From positions 90,738 to 113,838 of IMG/VR virus record IMGVR_UViG_3300041955_001975: 23,101 bases of DNA. One strand, 5' to 3'. A program made the translations under genes and the position numbers. The DNA is from a virus. Its lineage: Duplodnaviria > Heunggongvirae > Uroviricota > Caudoviricetes. Positions 15,825 to 23,101 of this stretch are shown one piece after another. Positions within the stretch are counted from its first letter, which is position 1. Each line of letters starts with the position of its first letter. Below the pieces are notes generated by a model. That model saw only the letters and a program-made list of their open reading frames with translations, had not been told where the DNA came from and did no database searches.

Positions 15825-16788
15825 GGCCGTCCCCATCGCTCAAGAAGTTCACGGTGTCGTCCCATCGCCGGGACACGAGGCCGAGTTGCCGGCGGCCGGT
15901 CTGTTGCCTCGACACCTGCGCTTCCCAGGCGTCGGCGTCGATCAATGCCTCGATCTCGCCGCGGATCAACTCGACGATGGTTCGCGGCTCCAGTGCGTCC
16001 AGTTCCCAGGATTCGTCCCCGAAGCGCTCCTGGTAAGACTGGTAGCGGGAGTCGGTGGCCTTCGCCGGGTTGGGCGGCGGACTGTACTGCTGGACCTGAT
16101 CCCAGTTCAGAGCGATGCGGCGGATCTTCGCCGTAGAGCCGAACAGGGCAAGCCGATCCTGAATGTCGCGGCTCATGTCAATGCCCGAGGGGTCGTGGTC
16201 ACCCAGGTGAATGATCGTGGTCGTCTTGTCGGCCCTCTCGCGTTCGAGCAGGCGTTGGGCCGCTCCCCACATTTCGCTCTGGCTCGTGTAGCCCCGGCAG
16301 GCGAAGTAGGGCACATCCCATTCCGTGCAGATGCCTTCCAAGACGCCGACCAGGGCATCCTTCTCGATCCATACTTCGACGTAGTTGTCCTGATTGGACC
16401 ACATATCCACGGCGAACTGGTCGGCACAGGCCCGGACAATGGCCCGCGGGCTGGACCAGTGGGAACCGCTTCGCAGGTTCCTCGTCCGGTCTTCAATGGC
16501 ATCCCAGTCGATCAGGCCGGCAAGCCGGGCGTCATTGACGACATCACCCAGCTTCTTGTAGTTCTTCACCGTGTTCTTCGTGTCGGCGGCGAGGCCGTTC
16601 CTCCGGTTGTACTCCTCGTCGATCCAGGCGTCGGGGAACAAGTCCTGGGCGATGAACTGGTAGTAAAGCTGACGCAAGGTCAACTTGAAGCCCTGGGCCT
16701 GGTAGTCCTCGATGATCTTGTTCGCACTGGCGATGATCGCCTGCGCCAGGTTGGCGAAGCGTTTGTGGATGTACGAAATCTTAGGCAT
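15817..16788 (-). CDS. Spo11/TopoVI-A-like protein (Mini-A type): 5Y-CAP + TOPRIM
   Basis: LTLRQLYY catalytic-Tyr motif; EVWIEKDAL (TOPRIM Glu); RGYTS; HLGDHDPSG (DxD); 323 aa. Confidence 0.85.
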   Translation of the reverse strand: MPKISYIHKRFANLAQAIIASANKIIEDYQAQGFKLTLRQLYYQFIAQDLFPDAWIDEEYNRRNGLAADTKNTVKNYKKLGDVVNDARLAGLIDWDAIEDRTRNLRSGSHWSSPRAIVRACADQFAVDMWSNQDNYVEVWIEKDALVGVLEGICTEWDVPYFACRGYTSQSEMWGAAQRLLERERADKTTTIIHLGDHDPSGIDMSRDIQDRLALFGSTAKIRRIALNWDQVQQYSPPPNPAKATDSRYQSYQERFGDESWELDALEPRTIVELIRGEIEALIDADAWEAQVSRQQTGRRQLGLVSRRWDDTVNFLSDGDGHE

Positions 16789-16933
16789 TGTTCAAGTCCG
16801 TCTCGATGGCGTCGATGTAGATGTCGATGGTGTCCCGCAGATCCTTGAGGTTTTCGAGCGTCACTTCCGCTGGGACGCTCCGGTCGGAGAACAGCCGGTC
16901 GATAGCTTTCCTGATTTCAGCTACGCTACTCAT
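16781..16933 (-). CDS. 50-aa helical hypothetical protein
   Basis: Start ATG 16933 (GAGGG SD); overlaps the Mini-A start by 8 nt. Confidence 0.65.
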   Translation of the reverse strand: MSSVAEIRKAIDRLFSDRSVPAEVTLENLKDLRDTIDIYIDAIETDLNNA

Positions 16934-17006
16934 GGAAGCCCTCAGAACTAAGGGAGATTGCCGGAGGCCGCTGCCAGCGCGGCGAGAGTAACAAAGAATC
17001 GCGCCG

Positions 17007-17621
17007 TCACTCGTCGCCGCCTTCCTCGTCGTCATCGTTCTCGACCATCTGGCCGCCGCAGGCGCAGGTCGGGCAGCCCACCTCGTCGATGGCCTTGCGG
17101 CTCATGCGGCAGATGCAGCCGCACGCCTGGCAGACAACCTTGAGTTGGCGACAGGTCTGCTTCTTGGGAGCATTGCTGCTCTTCAACTCGGCGTGCGGGT
17201 ACGGGCCGACCTCGGTAACGATCTCCTCGATCCGCTTGAGCAGCTCCGGCCCGGCGGTGGTGTCGGTCATCTTGCCTTCGAGGCCAATGGCGATGGCGAT
17301 CTTCTTGAAGGGCTTCTTGTGTCCGTTCTCGACACCGACCGCACAGTGGACGATCTCGTGGACCAAGGTCGCCAGCACCAACTGGGCATCTTTGAGCACC
17401 GGGCTGACGAAGACCTCAAAGGTCTCGTCCCCGCTGCACTTCGCCGACCACGCCTCGCCGATCCGCCGCTTCTTGGCCGCCAGGCCGCTCTTCGAGGGCC
17501 AGCCGCAGGAGGCACGAATCTTGTCGGGGACGCTCGTCCCAACCCTCTCGAAGTCGGGCCGCAGCAGATCGACGCAGGAGATAAGCCAGGCTTCACGGGT
17601 GTCAAAGGCAGTCTTGGTCAT
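17007..17621 (-). CDS. SprT-like zinc metalloprotease with C-terminal Zn ribbon
   Basis: TLVHEIVH ... GHKKPF; CQAC ... CPTC; acidic tail. Confidence 0.85.
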   Translation of the reverse strand: MTKTAFDTREAWLISCVDLLRPDFERVGTSVPDKIRASCGWPSKSGLAAKKRRIGEAWSAKCSGDETFEVFVSPVLKDAQLVLATLVHEIVHCAVGVENGHKKPFKKIAIAIGLEGKMTDTTAGPELLKRIEEIVTEVGPYPHAELKSSNAPKKQTCRQLKVVCQACGCICRMSRKAIDEVGCPTCACGGQMVENDDDEEGGDE

Positions 17622-17659
17622 GGGGATGTCTCATGGAGTCCGTCAACAGTTGCAAGTGA

Positions 17660-17687
17660 ACAATACCAGAGTCGTGGAGAAAGTCGC
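17660..17687 (-). promoter_or_regulatory. Sigma70-like promoter, copy 3
   Basis: GCGACT-TTCTCCACGACTCTGG-TATTGT. Confidence 0.7.
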
Positions 17688-17701
17688 ATGGAAATGAGAG
17701 A

Positions 17702-17968
17702 TCAGTCGGGCACAGGCTCCTTGCCGCCAACCATCAGACCCAGTGCGAACGCCTCAAAGGCCAAGAACGTGTCGTGATTGGCGTATTGCGACGGAACCCC
17801 ACGGCTGTAGGAGGGGTCCATGTGCCGCTCGCGTGCCCAGCGCTCGAACACCTTCCGCTCCTCATCATCTTGTCCGATGCCTGCCAGGCGTTTGGCGATG
17901 GCCGCGATGAGTACGCTTGTCCTCATTTTCTCGCTCCGTGTGTGCGTGATGATCGTCGTCGGCTTCAC
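17702..17968 (-). CDS. Hypothetical protein (88 aa)
   Basis: GTGA overlap with the upstream gene. Confidence 0.7.
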   Translation of the reverse strand: MKPTTIITHTRSEKMRTSVLIAAIAKRLAGIGQDDEERKVFERWARERHMDPSYSRGVPSQYANHDTFLAFEAFALGLMVGGKEPVPD

Positions 17969-18198
17969 TCTTCGGTCCTCCGAGCCAGGTGTAGTTCCTC
18001 CTCGATCAAGTCGGAGAGGTGGAAAGCGGCCGAGGCCAGGTCTGCCGCCAGCCGGGCGAGCCGCTGGACGGATTTGTGTGCCCGCCGCAGCCGGACAAGG
18101 TTGCCACGTCGGTAGTCCGAGACCGCCATTGACGACCGGACCCGTGCCTCGACGGCAAGTTGGTAGGCGGCCTCCAGGGCCTCGCTCGTTGGTTTCAT
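17965..18198 (-). CDS. Hypothetical protein (77 aa)
   Basis: ATGA overlap with the upstream gene. Confidence 0.7.
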   Translation of the reverse strand: MKPTSEALEAAYQLAVEARVRSSMAVSDYRRGNLVRLRRAHKSVQRLARLAADLASAAFHLSDLIEEELHLARRTEE

Positions 18199-18302
18199 GG
18201 CTTCCTCAAGGCCCTCCGGCCGGCCACCCAGTCGTTCACACCGATCATCAGGCGGGTGAGCAGCGCGGACAATGCGGCGATCATTACGGTGTCCCAGTGC
18301 AT
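18195..18302 (-). CDS. 35-aa single-TM peptide
   Basis: GGAGAGG SD before ATG 18302; MHWDTVMIAALSALLTRLMIGVNDWVAGRRALRKP. Confidence 0.6.
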   Translation of the reverse strand: MHWDTVMIAALSALLTRLMIGVNDWVAGRRALRKP

Positions 18303-18514
18303 GGTCCCTCTCCTAATTGCTTGCGGACCCGAGCAATGATCTCGTCCAAGGAGACCTGCGGGTTCTGGTCCTGGTTGCCGAGGCCGGCTTGCAAAAGTGC
18401 CAGGAGATTGCAATAGTCGGCCGATGCGGCAAAGATGCCCATGCTGTGCTGATACTGGTAGAGCAAGTGCAGCGCGAAGCGGGCGGCAAGGATCAGGGTT
18501 TGCTCTTCAATCAC
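18284..18514 (-). CDS. Hypothetical protein (76 aa)
   Basis: GTG 18514 with AAAGG SD, downstream of promoter copy 4. Confidence 0.55.
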   Translation of the reverse strand: MIEEQTLILAARFALHLLYQYQHSMGIFAASADYCNLLALLQAGLGNQDQNPQVSLDEIIARVRKQLGEGPCTGTP

Positions 18515-18555
18515 GCGACGGCCTTTCGTGCCAGGGAGTTTTTGTTTCGAGATGC

Positions 18556-18583
18556 GTAATACCATAACTGTGGAGACAGTCAC
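18556..18583 (-). promoter_or_regulatory. Sigma70-like promoter, copy 4 (its -35 overlaps the end of the upstream gene)
   Basis: GTGACT-GTCTCCACAGTTATGG-TATTAC. Confidence 0.65.
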
Positions 18584-19836
18584 GCGGACACTTTGGATTT
18601 CTTCACCTTCGGCAGGCCCTTGCTCACTCGCCTGAGTTCCGTTTGCAGCTTGCCGTTGTAGTCGCCATGCTTCTTGACGGTGCCGGTGATGTCCAGCACG
18701 TCGCCTTCCGTCAGCCATTCGGTGTTGCCGGAGGCCCACCAGATCAGCACGTTGCCGGCGGCATCCTCGAACTTGCACAGCGTCTTGACGCCGAACTGGC
18801 TCTCGAAGTATTTCAACATCGTGACCGTCACGGCGGGGAATCCTTGACGCTCGCCCTCGACGCCGACGTGGGCACTCACTCTCTTCGCTTTGAATCCCAA
18901 TTCCGCAACGCGCTCCTTTTCGCGGAGATAGGCCGCGATCACGCTGGCCACGATGCCGCTGGTTCGCCAGATCACACTGTCAAGACGGCAGGCCACACCA
19001 AGGTTGTAGATGTAGTCGGCCACACCCTGGGTGCCCAGGTTCCGCGCCCAGGCAACAGCCTCGGCCGCCAACTCCATGTCTCGCTCCTCCGCATGTAGAC
19101 CTGCGTCCTCGATCAGTTCCTTGGTCATTCGGTCCTTGCAGGTACAGACCTGCCAGGCGATGCTCGACGTGGATCGTGGGCCACCACCGTACTCGCCTCC
19201 CATCTCGGCGGCCTTGGTGCGGGAGAGCCAGCCAAGTCGGCGGACACAGATCGCCACGGTGGTGACGTACTCGAAGATTGCCAGGTGGACCTCGCCACGG
19301 CCCTCTCCGTAGCCCTCGTCTTCGGCGTTTTTCATCTCTTCGGCCAGGGCAATGTCCCACTGGGCCCGGCCGCAGATGGCCTCGACGCTGACATGACCGA
19401 GAAAATCGGCGATACACTGGCGGCCCACCTGGGCCCAGCGCCCGTCATCGTGACGCAGGATGAAGACCTCCTTGCGATTCCGCACGCTTTCACAGTGATC
19501 GCAATGGGTGTCGGTGGTCCGATAGGACTCGGGAACGGTCTCCCCGGGCACGCAACGGACCAGGTTTTCGCCGGACTCCTGCATTTCGATGGCTGCCGTC
19601 AGCTTCCAGCCGTTCATCTTCGGCGTTTGGCCGGTCACTTCGACCTTCAGGTAGCGGACCTTGTACTTGACCCGCGTGTGTTCACGGCGGCGTTCGACTT
19701 CGTATTCACCGACAACCGTCAACGTCGTCGGCTCGCATCCAAGACGTTTGCACCGCCGATTCATCTCGTCGAGCTTCTCTTGAAGCATGGAGAGAGTCGC
19801 GGCAGGGATTGCGTAGATCGGGCGTTCTGTGTCCAT
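18580..19836 (-). CDS. Phage-type protein with CxxC...C Zn site and C-terminal OB-fold
   Basis: HCDHC...R...FIL...QVGRQCIADFLG; C-terminal FEDAAGNVLIWWAS...ITGTVKKHGDYNGKLQTELRR is OB-fold-like. Confidence 0.8.
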   Translation of the reverse strand: MDTERPIYAIPAATLSMLQEKLDEMNRRCKRLGCEPTTLTVVGEYEVERRREHTRVKYKVRYLKVEVTGQTPKMNGWKLTAAIEMQESGENLVRCVPGETVPESYRTTDTHCDHCESVRNRKEVFILRHDDGRWAQVGRQCIADFLGHVSVEAICGRAQWDIALAEEMKNAEDEGYGEGRGEVHLAIFEYVTTVAICVRRLGWLSRTKAAEMGGEYGGGPRSTSSIAWQVCTCKDRMTKELIEDAGLHAEERDMELAAEAVAWARNLGTQGVADYIYNLGVACRLDSVIWRTSGIVASVIAAYLREKERVAELGFKAKRVSAHVGVEGERQGFPAVTVTMLKYFESQFGVKTLCKFEDAAGNVLIWWASGNTEWLTEGDVLDITGTVKKHGDYNGKLQTELRRVSKGLPKVKKSKVSA

Positions 19837-19842
19837 ACTTCA

Positions 19843-19870
19843 ACAATACCATAACTCTGGTGATAGTCAA
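19843..19870 (-). promoter_or_regulatory. Sigma70-like promoter, copy 5 (predicted leaderless mRNA)
   Basis: TTGACT-ATCACCAGAGTTATGG-TATTGT; ATG follows 6 nt after the -10. Confidence 0.8.
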
Positions 19871-20054
19871 ATGTGGTGCAAAAATTTGTGCCGTCGAGCC
19901 GGGAAATGACGGTTGAGAAGGCCGATTTGGCCGATTTTCGGCGTGAAATAGCCCGTTTGGACCTCGAATTCGGCCCAAAATCAGGACGATTCGGGACTCT
20001 CGGGCCTCAGATCATGCCGTCCGCGCCGGAGCCCGCACAGCATTGAAGCGGCAG

Positions 20055-20732
20055 CTATCGGCGGAACATCCGGTAGTTGGTGGCCTCGCAGACGTGCCGC
20101 GATTCGATCCGCTGGCAGTTATCCAGGTTCGCAATGGTCCTGGCAACAGCAATGATGCGTTGTCGCCCGTCAGGGTCGATTCCGAGTTCGACGCAGGCAC
20201 ACTTCAGAATGGCGGCAGAGTCCTGGTCCAGCGTCAAATCGGTGTAGGCAGATGCACGGGCGACCTGGCTCTGCATGTCCACGAGCGTGGTCCCAGGCCG
20301 CCCGTTCAACTCTCGCTGCGGCGGCTCCGGGACCTCGACAGTAATATCGGCCACCGGCCACGCTGCCAGACACCGGTCGATCTCGGCAGCCGTACAGTTG
20401 CACGACCGGATCGGGCTGCTCCGATGGCCACATGGGCAGGGAAGTGCCTCGAACGTGCTGCCCAGGCCAAGTTCCAAGGCGGCGGCTCGGAGCATGGTCT
20501 TGCCACAATTGTGGGGACCAACGAAAAGGATTGAGTGACCTCCGGCGGCGGCAACGACCAAGGCCCGCTTCGCCATTTCGTTGCCGCAGATGATGGCGGC
20601 GGCGTCCCGGCCGCAGGCGGCAGCCTTTGATCGCCGTGCCATTTCGTTGGCGGCCTGACGGTGCAAGGCCGCCAGCTTGCTATCGGTGAGGGTGAGAAGG
20701 CTCGATGTGGTGTCCTCAGTCATGTCTTTCAT
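20055..20732 (-). CDS. Miniaturised ComM/YifB (Mg-chelatase-related) ATPase-like protein
   Basis: ICGNEMAKRALVVAAAGGHSILFVGPHNCGKTML; PCPCG...CNC; RIIAVARTIANLD...I...HVCEATNYR. Confidence 0.8.
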   Translation of the reverse strand: MKDMTEDTTSSLLTLTDSKLAALHRQAANEMARRSKAAACGRDAAAIICGNEMAKRALVVAAAGGHSILFVGPHNCGKTMLRAAALELGLGSTFEALPCPCGHRSSPIRSCNCTAAEIDRCLAAWPVADITVEVPEPPQRELNGRPGTTLVDMQSQVARASAYTDLTLDQDSAAILKCACVELGIDPDGRQRIIAVARTIANLDNCQRIESRHVCEATNYRMFRR

Positions 20733-20734
20733 CG

Positions 20735-21244
20735 TCAGTCCGGGTAACCCCACTTCTTTCGGAACTCCGGGTCACGCCGCTTGACAGCCAGGACGGTATG
20801 CACGAGGCTCGATCCCTCGCAGCCGGCCAGGGCCTCGCGCCACTTGTTGACGACGTACTTGCTGACGCCCCAGTAGAAGGCAATGGCCAACTCCTCTTCC
20901 TCACACACGGCACGCACGAGATCGCCGCACAAAATCGGGATCAACTGCCGCCTGTGGGTCACCGCCGGCCAGGGGATCGGTGCCTTCGTCATGGCCTCGA
21001 CGATCACGTCGCCCAGCATCTCGCAATGCAGTTTGTTGCCGGCACTGACGCTGGGTGGCGCATAGGGGCCGCCCTTCCATCGGTGCTTAGAAACTGGCGG
21101 GTACGTCTTCGCACCAATCAGAGCCGATGCTGTACTCATTTTCTTCCTCCGGCTCTCCGCCGGCTTCCTTTTCAGGGGTTTCGTGCCCCGCGCAGCGTTC
21201 GTACCTCTCACGCCCCTTGTCGGTTTCCGTAGCTTCTGGCCCAT
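20735..21244 (-). CDS. Putative HTH DNA-binding protein with highly basic N-terminal extension
   Basis: GPYAPP...APIPWP...RAV...AFYWGVSKYVVNKWREAL, an HTH-like family I recall from planctomycetes; alternative start at 21139. Confidence 0.7.
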   Translation of the reverse strand: MGQKLRKPTRGVRGTNAARGTKPLKRKPAESRRKKMSTASALIGAKTYPPVSKHRWKGGPYAPPSVSAGNKLHCEMLGDVIVEAMTKAPIPWPAVTHRRQLIPILCGDLVRAVCEEEELAIAFYWGVSKYVVNKWREALAGCEGSSLVHTVLAVKRRDPEFRKKWGYPD

Positions 21245-21273
21245 TCAATCACCTCACTTGGTACTACACGCTG

Positions 21274-22026
21274 CTACACGATCGTAGTCTTTGGCCCTGC
21301 CAAGGCCCTGCCCAGGTAGCTCGCATCCAGGTAACGGCCGATCACACGGTGCAGAGCCGCCGCCGTGAAAAGCTTGCCGGCACTGGTGAGATGCCGTTCC
21401 TTATTCAGCCAGGCCACGATCTCGGCGAGCGTGTTGCCGTTCTCCCGCATCAACTTGATGCGGGGCAGCAAGTAGGCGTAGTGCTCCCGAATGGACTCCG
21501 ATTTGACCTTCGCCGCATTCTGCAAGCCTTCGTTCCAGCCACGCAGGTGCTCTCTGCCCTCCCAGTGACCGGGGCGTGCGGAGCCCAGCAGCTTGCCCTT
21601 CAGCCGAGCCGACTCCAGACCGGCCTTCGTGCGTGCCTGGATTGACTTCAACTCGGCCTGGGCCACGGCCGCCAGGACGTGAATCGTCAACTCGTTCGCC
21701 TGCGGGTTGTCGCAGCAGACAAAGCGGGTGCAGCTATTCATCAGGTTGGCCACGAACTCCACGTTGCGGGCGAGCCGGTCCAGCTTGGCGACGACCAGCG
21801 TAGCGCCGGTGGCCCGGCACTTGGCGATCGCCTGCTGGAGTTTCGGCCGGGTGACCGAGCTGCCCGTCTCAACCTCGGTGTACTGGTCGATCACCGGCAC
21901 ACCGAGTCGCTGACGCAGATAGTCCACGTCACGGACCTGGGCGTCAAGGCCCAGGCGGGTCTCTTCCTGCTTCCGGGTGCTCACGCGATAGTAAGCCACG
22001 ATGCTCTTGATCTGTTCGGCGGCCAT
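21274..22026 (-). CDS. Serine recombinase (resolvase/invertase catalytic domain + C-terminal DNA-binding domain), intact
   Basis: YYRVST (catalytic Ser), ETGS...RPKL, KLDRLARN; GAGGAAAG SD before ATG 22026. Confidence 0.92.
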   Translation of the reverse strand: MAAEQIKSIVAYYRVSTRKQEETRLGLDAQVRDVDYLRQRLGVPVIDQYTEVETGSSVTRPKLQQAIAKCRATGATLVVAKLDRLARNVEFVANLMNSCTRFVCCDNPQANELTIHVLAAVAQAELKSIQARTKAGLESARLKGKLLGSARPGHWEGREHLRGWNEGLQNAAKVKSESIREHYAYLLPRIKLMRENGNTLAEIVAWLNKERHLTSAGKLFTAAALHRVIGRYLDASYLGRALAGPKTTIV

Positions 22027-22057
22027 GTTGCTTTCCTCGGTGGTTGATTGTACTTCT

Positions 22058-22086
22058 AACATACACCACAGCCGAGGTAAAGTCAA
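22058..22086 (-). promoter_or_regulatory. Sigma70-like promoter, copy 6
   Basis: TTGACT-17 nt-TATGTT; shares agtcaaatgtg (11 bp) with copy 5. Confidence 0.75.
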
Positions 22087-22102
22087 ATGTGAAACAGCGA
22101 AA

Positions 22103-23101
22103 TCAGGCCAACTTCTGCCGCTCGGCCCTCTTCACGTAGCGCTTGCCAAGCGAGCGCACGTGCAGGCGGCGAACGAGCAGCATGTCAAAAGGCCGGCCGC
22201 CGGCCGTCAGGGAGCCCCGCTCATTGAGCTTGGTCGTGATCTCGTCATACGTGCTGCCCGCATCCCGCATTTGCGTAATCTCCCGGATCAAAGGGGCATA
22301 GTACGCTTCAACGTCAGACCTCTTCATGCCGAGTGCATCCCAGCGTTTCCGGCCGGGATTGCCACCGGGCCGAGCCCTTCCCAGGTACTCCTTACCCAAG
22401 TAGCGGCCGATCAGCCGGAAGAGGGACACTTGAGTGAAGGGCTTGCCGGCCGTCGTCAAGTGACCCTGCTGGTTGAGCCACTCCACGATCTCCGCGTAGG
22501 TGCCGCCCTCGTCCCGCCTCCGCTTGATTTCAGGGACCAGGAAGGCATAGTGATCCTTCGCACGGGCCATCCGCCGCGCCGAAGCACTGGCAACGGCTTT
22601 GTCCCAGCCGCGGAGGTGCTCGCGCCCCTTCCAGTGACCAGGGCGATTGGAGCCCAGCTTGACGCCGGCTTTCTTGAGTGCCGCAAGAGTCTCCTTCGTC
22701 CTTTGACTGGCCTGGCGTCCCTCGGCCTCCGCCGTCGCCGCCAGAATATGGATCGTTTCCTTGTTGGCAACCGGATTGTCGCAACAAAGAAACTCAATGC
22801 CGCTGTTCAGCAAGGCCAGGGTGACTCCCCGGTTCCGCACAAGCCGGCCGACACGACCAAACACCAGGCAGGCCCCCGACTCCCGGCAATGGGCAATGGC
22901 CTCAGCCAGCTTCGGGCGATTCCCCTTGTAGTCGCCGGTCTCCTGCTCCACATACTCAGCAAGGACCTTGGCCTTGATCCGGCCGCGAAGGTCTTCAGTA
23001 GCAGCCCGTTGGACCTCCATGCTGGCACACCCCTGCTTCATCCCCTGCCGGTAGTAGAGGATGACTTTGCTGATTACAGCGGCTTTGACGGTTGTGTCCA
23101 T
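22103..23101 (-). CDS. Serine recombinase paralog, catalytically degenerate, with duplicated C-terminal domain
   Basis: YYRQG instead of YxRVS; RVGRLVRN instead of KLDRLARN; shares RPGHWxGREHLRGW with its neighbour. ATG lies at the window edge, so the true start could be further out. Confidence 0.85.
   Translation of the reverse strand: MDTTVKAAVISKVILYYRQGMKQGCASMEVQRAATEDLRGRIKAKVLAEYVEQETGDYKGNRPKLAEAIAHCRESGACLVFGRVGRLVRNRGVTLALLNSGIEFLCCDNPVANKETIHILAATAEAEGRQASQRTKETLAALKKAGVKLGSNRPGHWKGREHLRGWDKAVASASARRMARAKDHYAFLVPEIKRRRDEGGTYAEIVEWLNQQGHLTTAGKPFTQVSLFRLIGRYLGKEYLGRARPGGNPGRKRWDALGMKRSDVEAYYAPLIREITQMRDAGSTYDEITTKLNERGSLTAGGRPFDMLLVRRLHVRSLGKRYVKRAERQKLA

Larger units (their letters stand above)
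5938..23101 (-). mobile_element. Phage / integrative element early-type gene region (boundaries not in window)
   Basis: Dense co-oriented small ORFs with 4-nt overlaps, repeated promoter motif, recombinases, Mini-A, SprT-like and OB-fold genes. Confidence 0.7.

Noticed and set aside
19871-20054. Non-coding stretch with small dyads (gccga-ttt-tcggc) as possible origin or att site
   Set aside because: No iteron array, tRNA fragment or second copy in the window to support it.
20739-20772. TCCGGGT direct repeat with 27-nt spacing
   Set aside because: Short, inside coding sequence, expected by chance at this GC content.
21274-23101. IS607/IS200-type transposon interpretation of the recombinases
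   Set aside because: No N-terminal MerR-like HTH and no TnpB; the DNA-binding domain is C-terminal.

Overview
High-GC window that looks like part of a large (pro)phage or integrative element. A planctomycete-like host is inferred from protein families only. No capsid, tail, large terminase, tRNA, rRNA or CRISPR array is visible. Layout: (1) a tightly coupled leftward operon, 4792->50, with a terminase-small-subunit-like Zn-finger protein, a permuted papain-like YiiX/YaeF amidase, a C39-like lipoprotein, thioredoxin-fold envelope proteins and an Ala/Pro-repeat protein; (2) two divergent hypothetical genes, 5057-5912; (3) a long leftward array of small phage-type genes, 23101->5938. Array (3) includes a tandem serine-recombinase pair (one lacking the catalytic Ser), a miniaturised ComM/YifB ATPase, an OB-fold protein, a SprT-like protease, a Spo11/TopoVI-A-like (Mini-A) protein, a circularly permuted GHKL ATPase and a transglutaminase-like protein. 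At least six copies of one sigma70-like promoter drive it, four carrying a CCA-N6-TGG dyad in the spacer. (4) Two opposite-strand cargo blocks interrupt the array: an MFS transporter, and a CxxCH protein + oxidoreductase remnant + orphan AIPR. All family calls come from motif recognition by eye; no database search was run.
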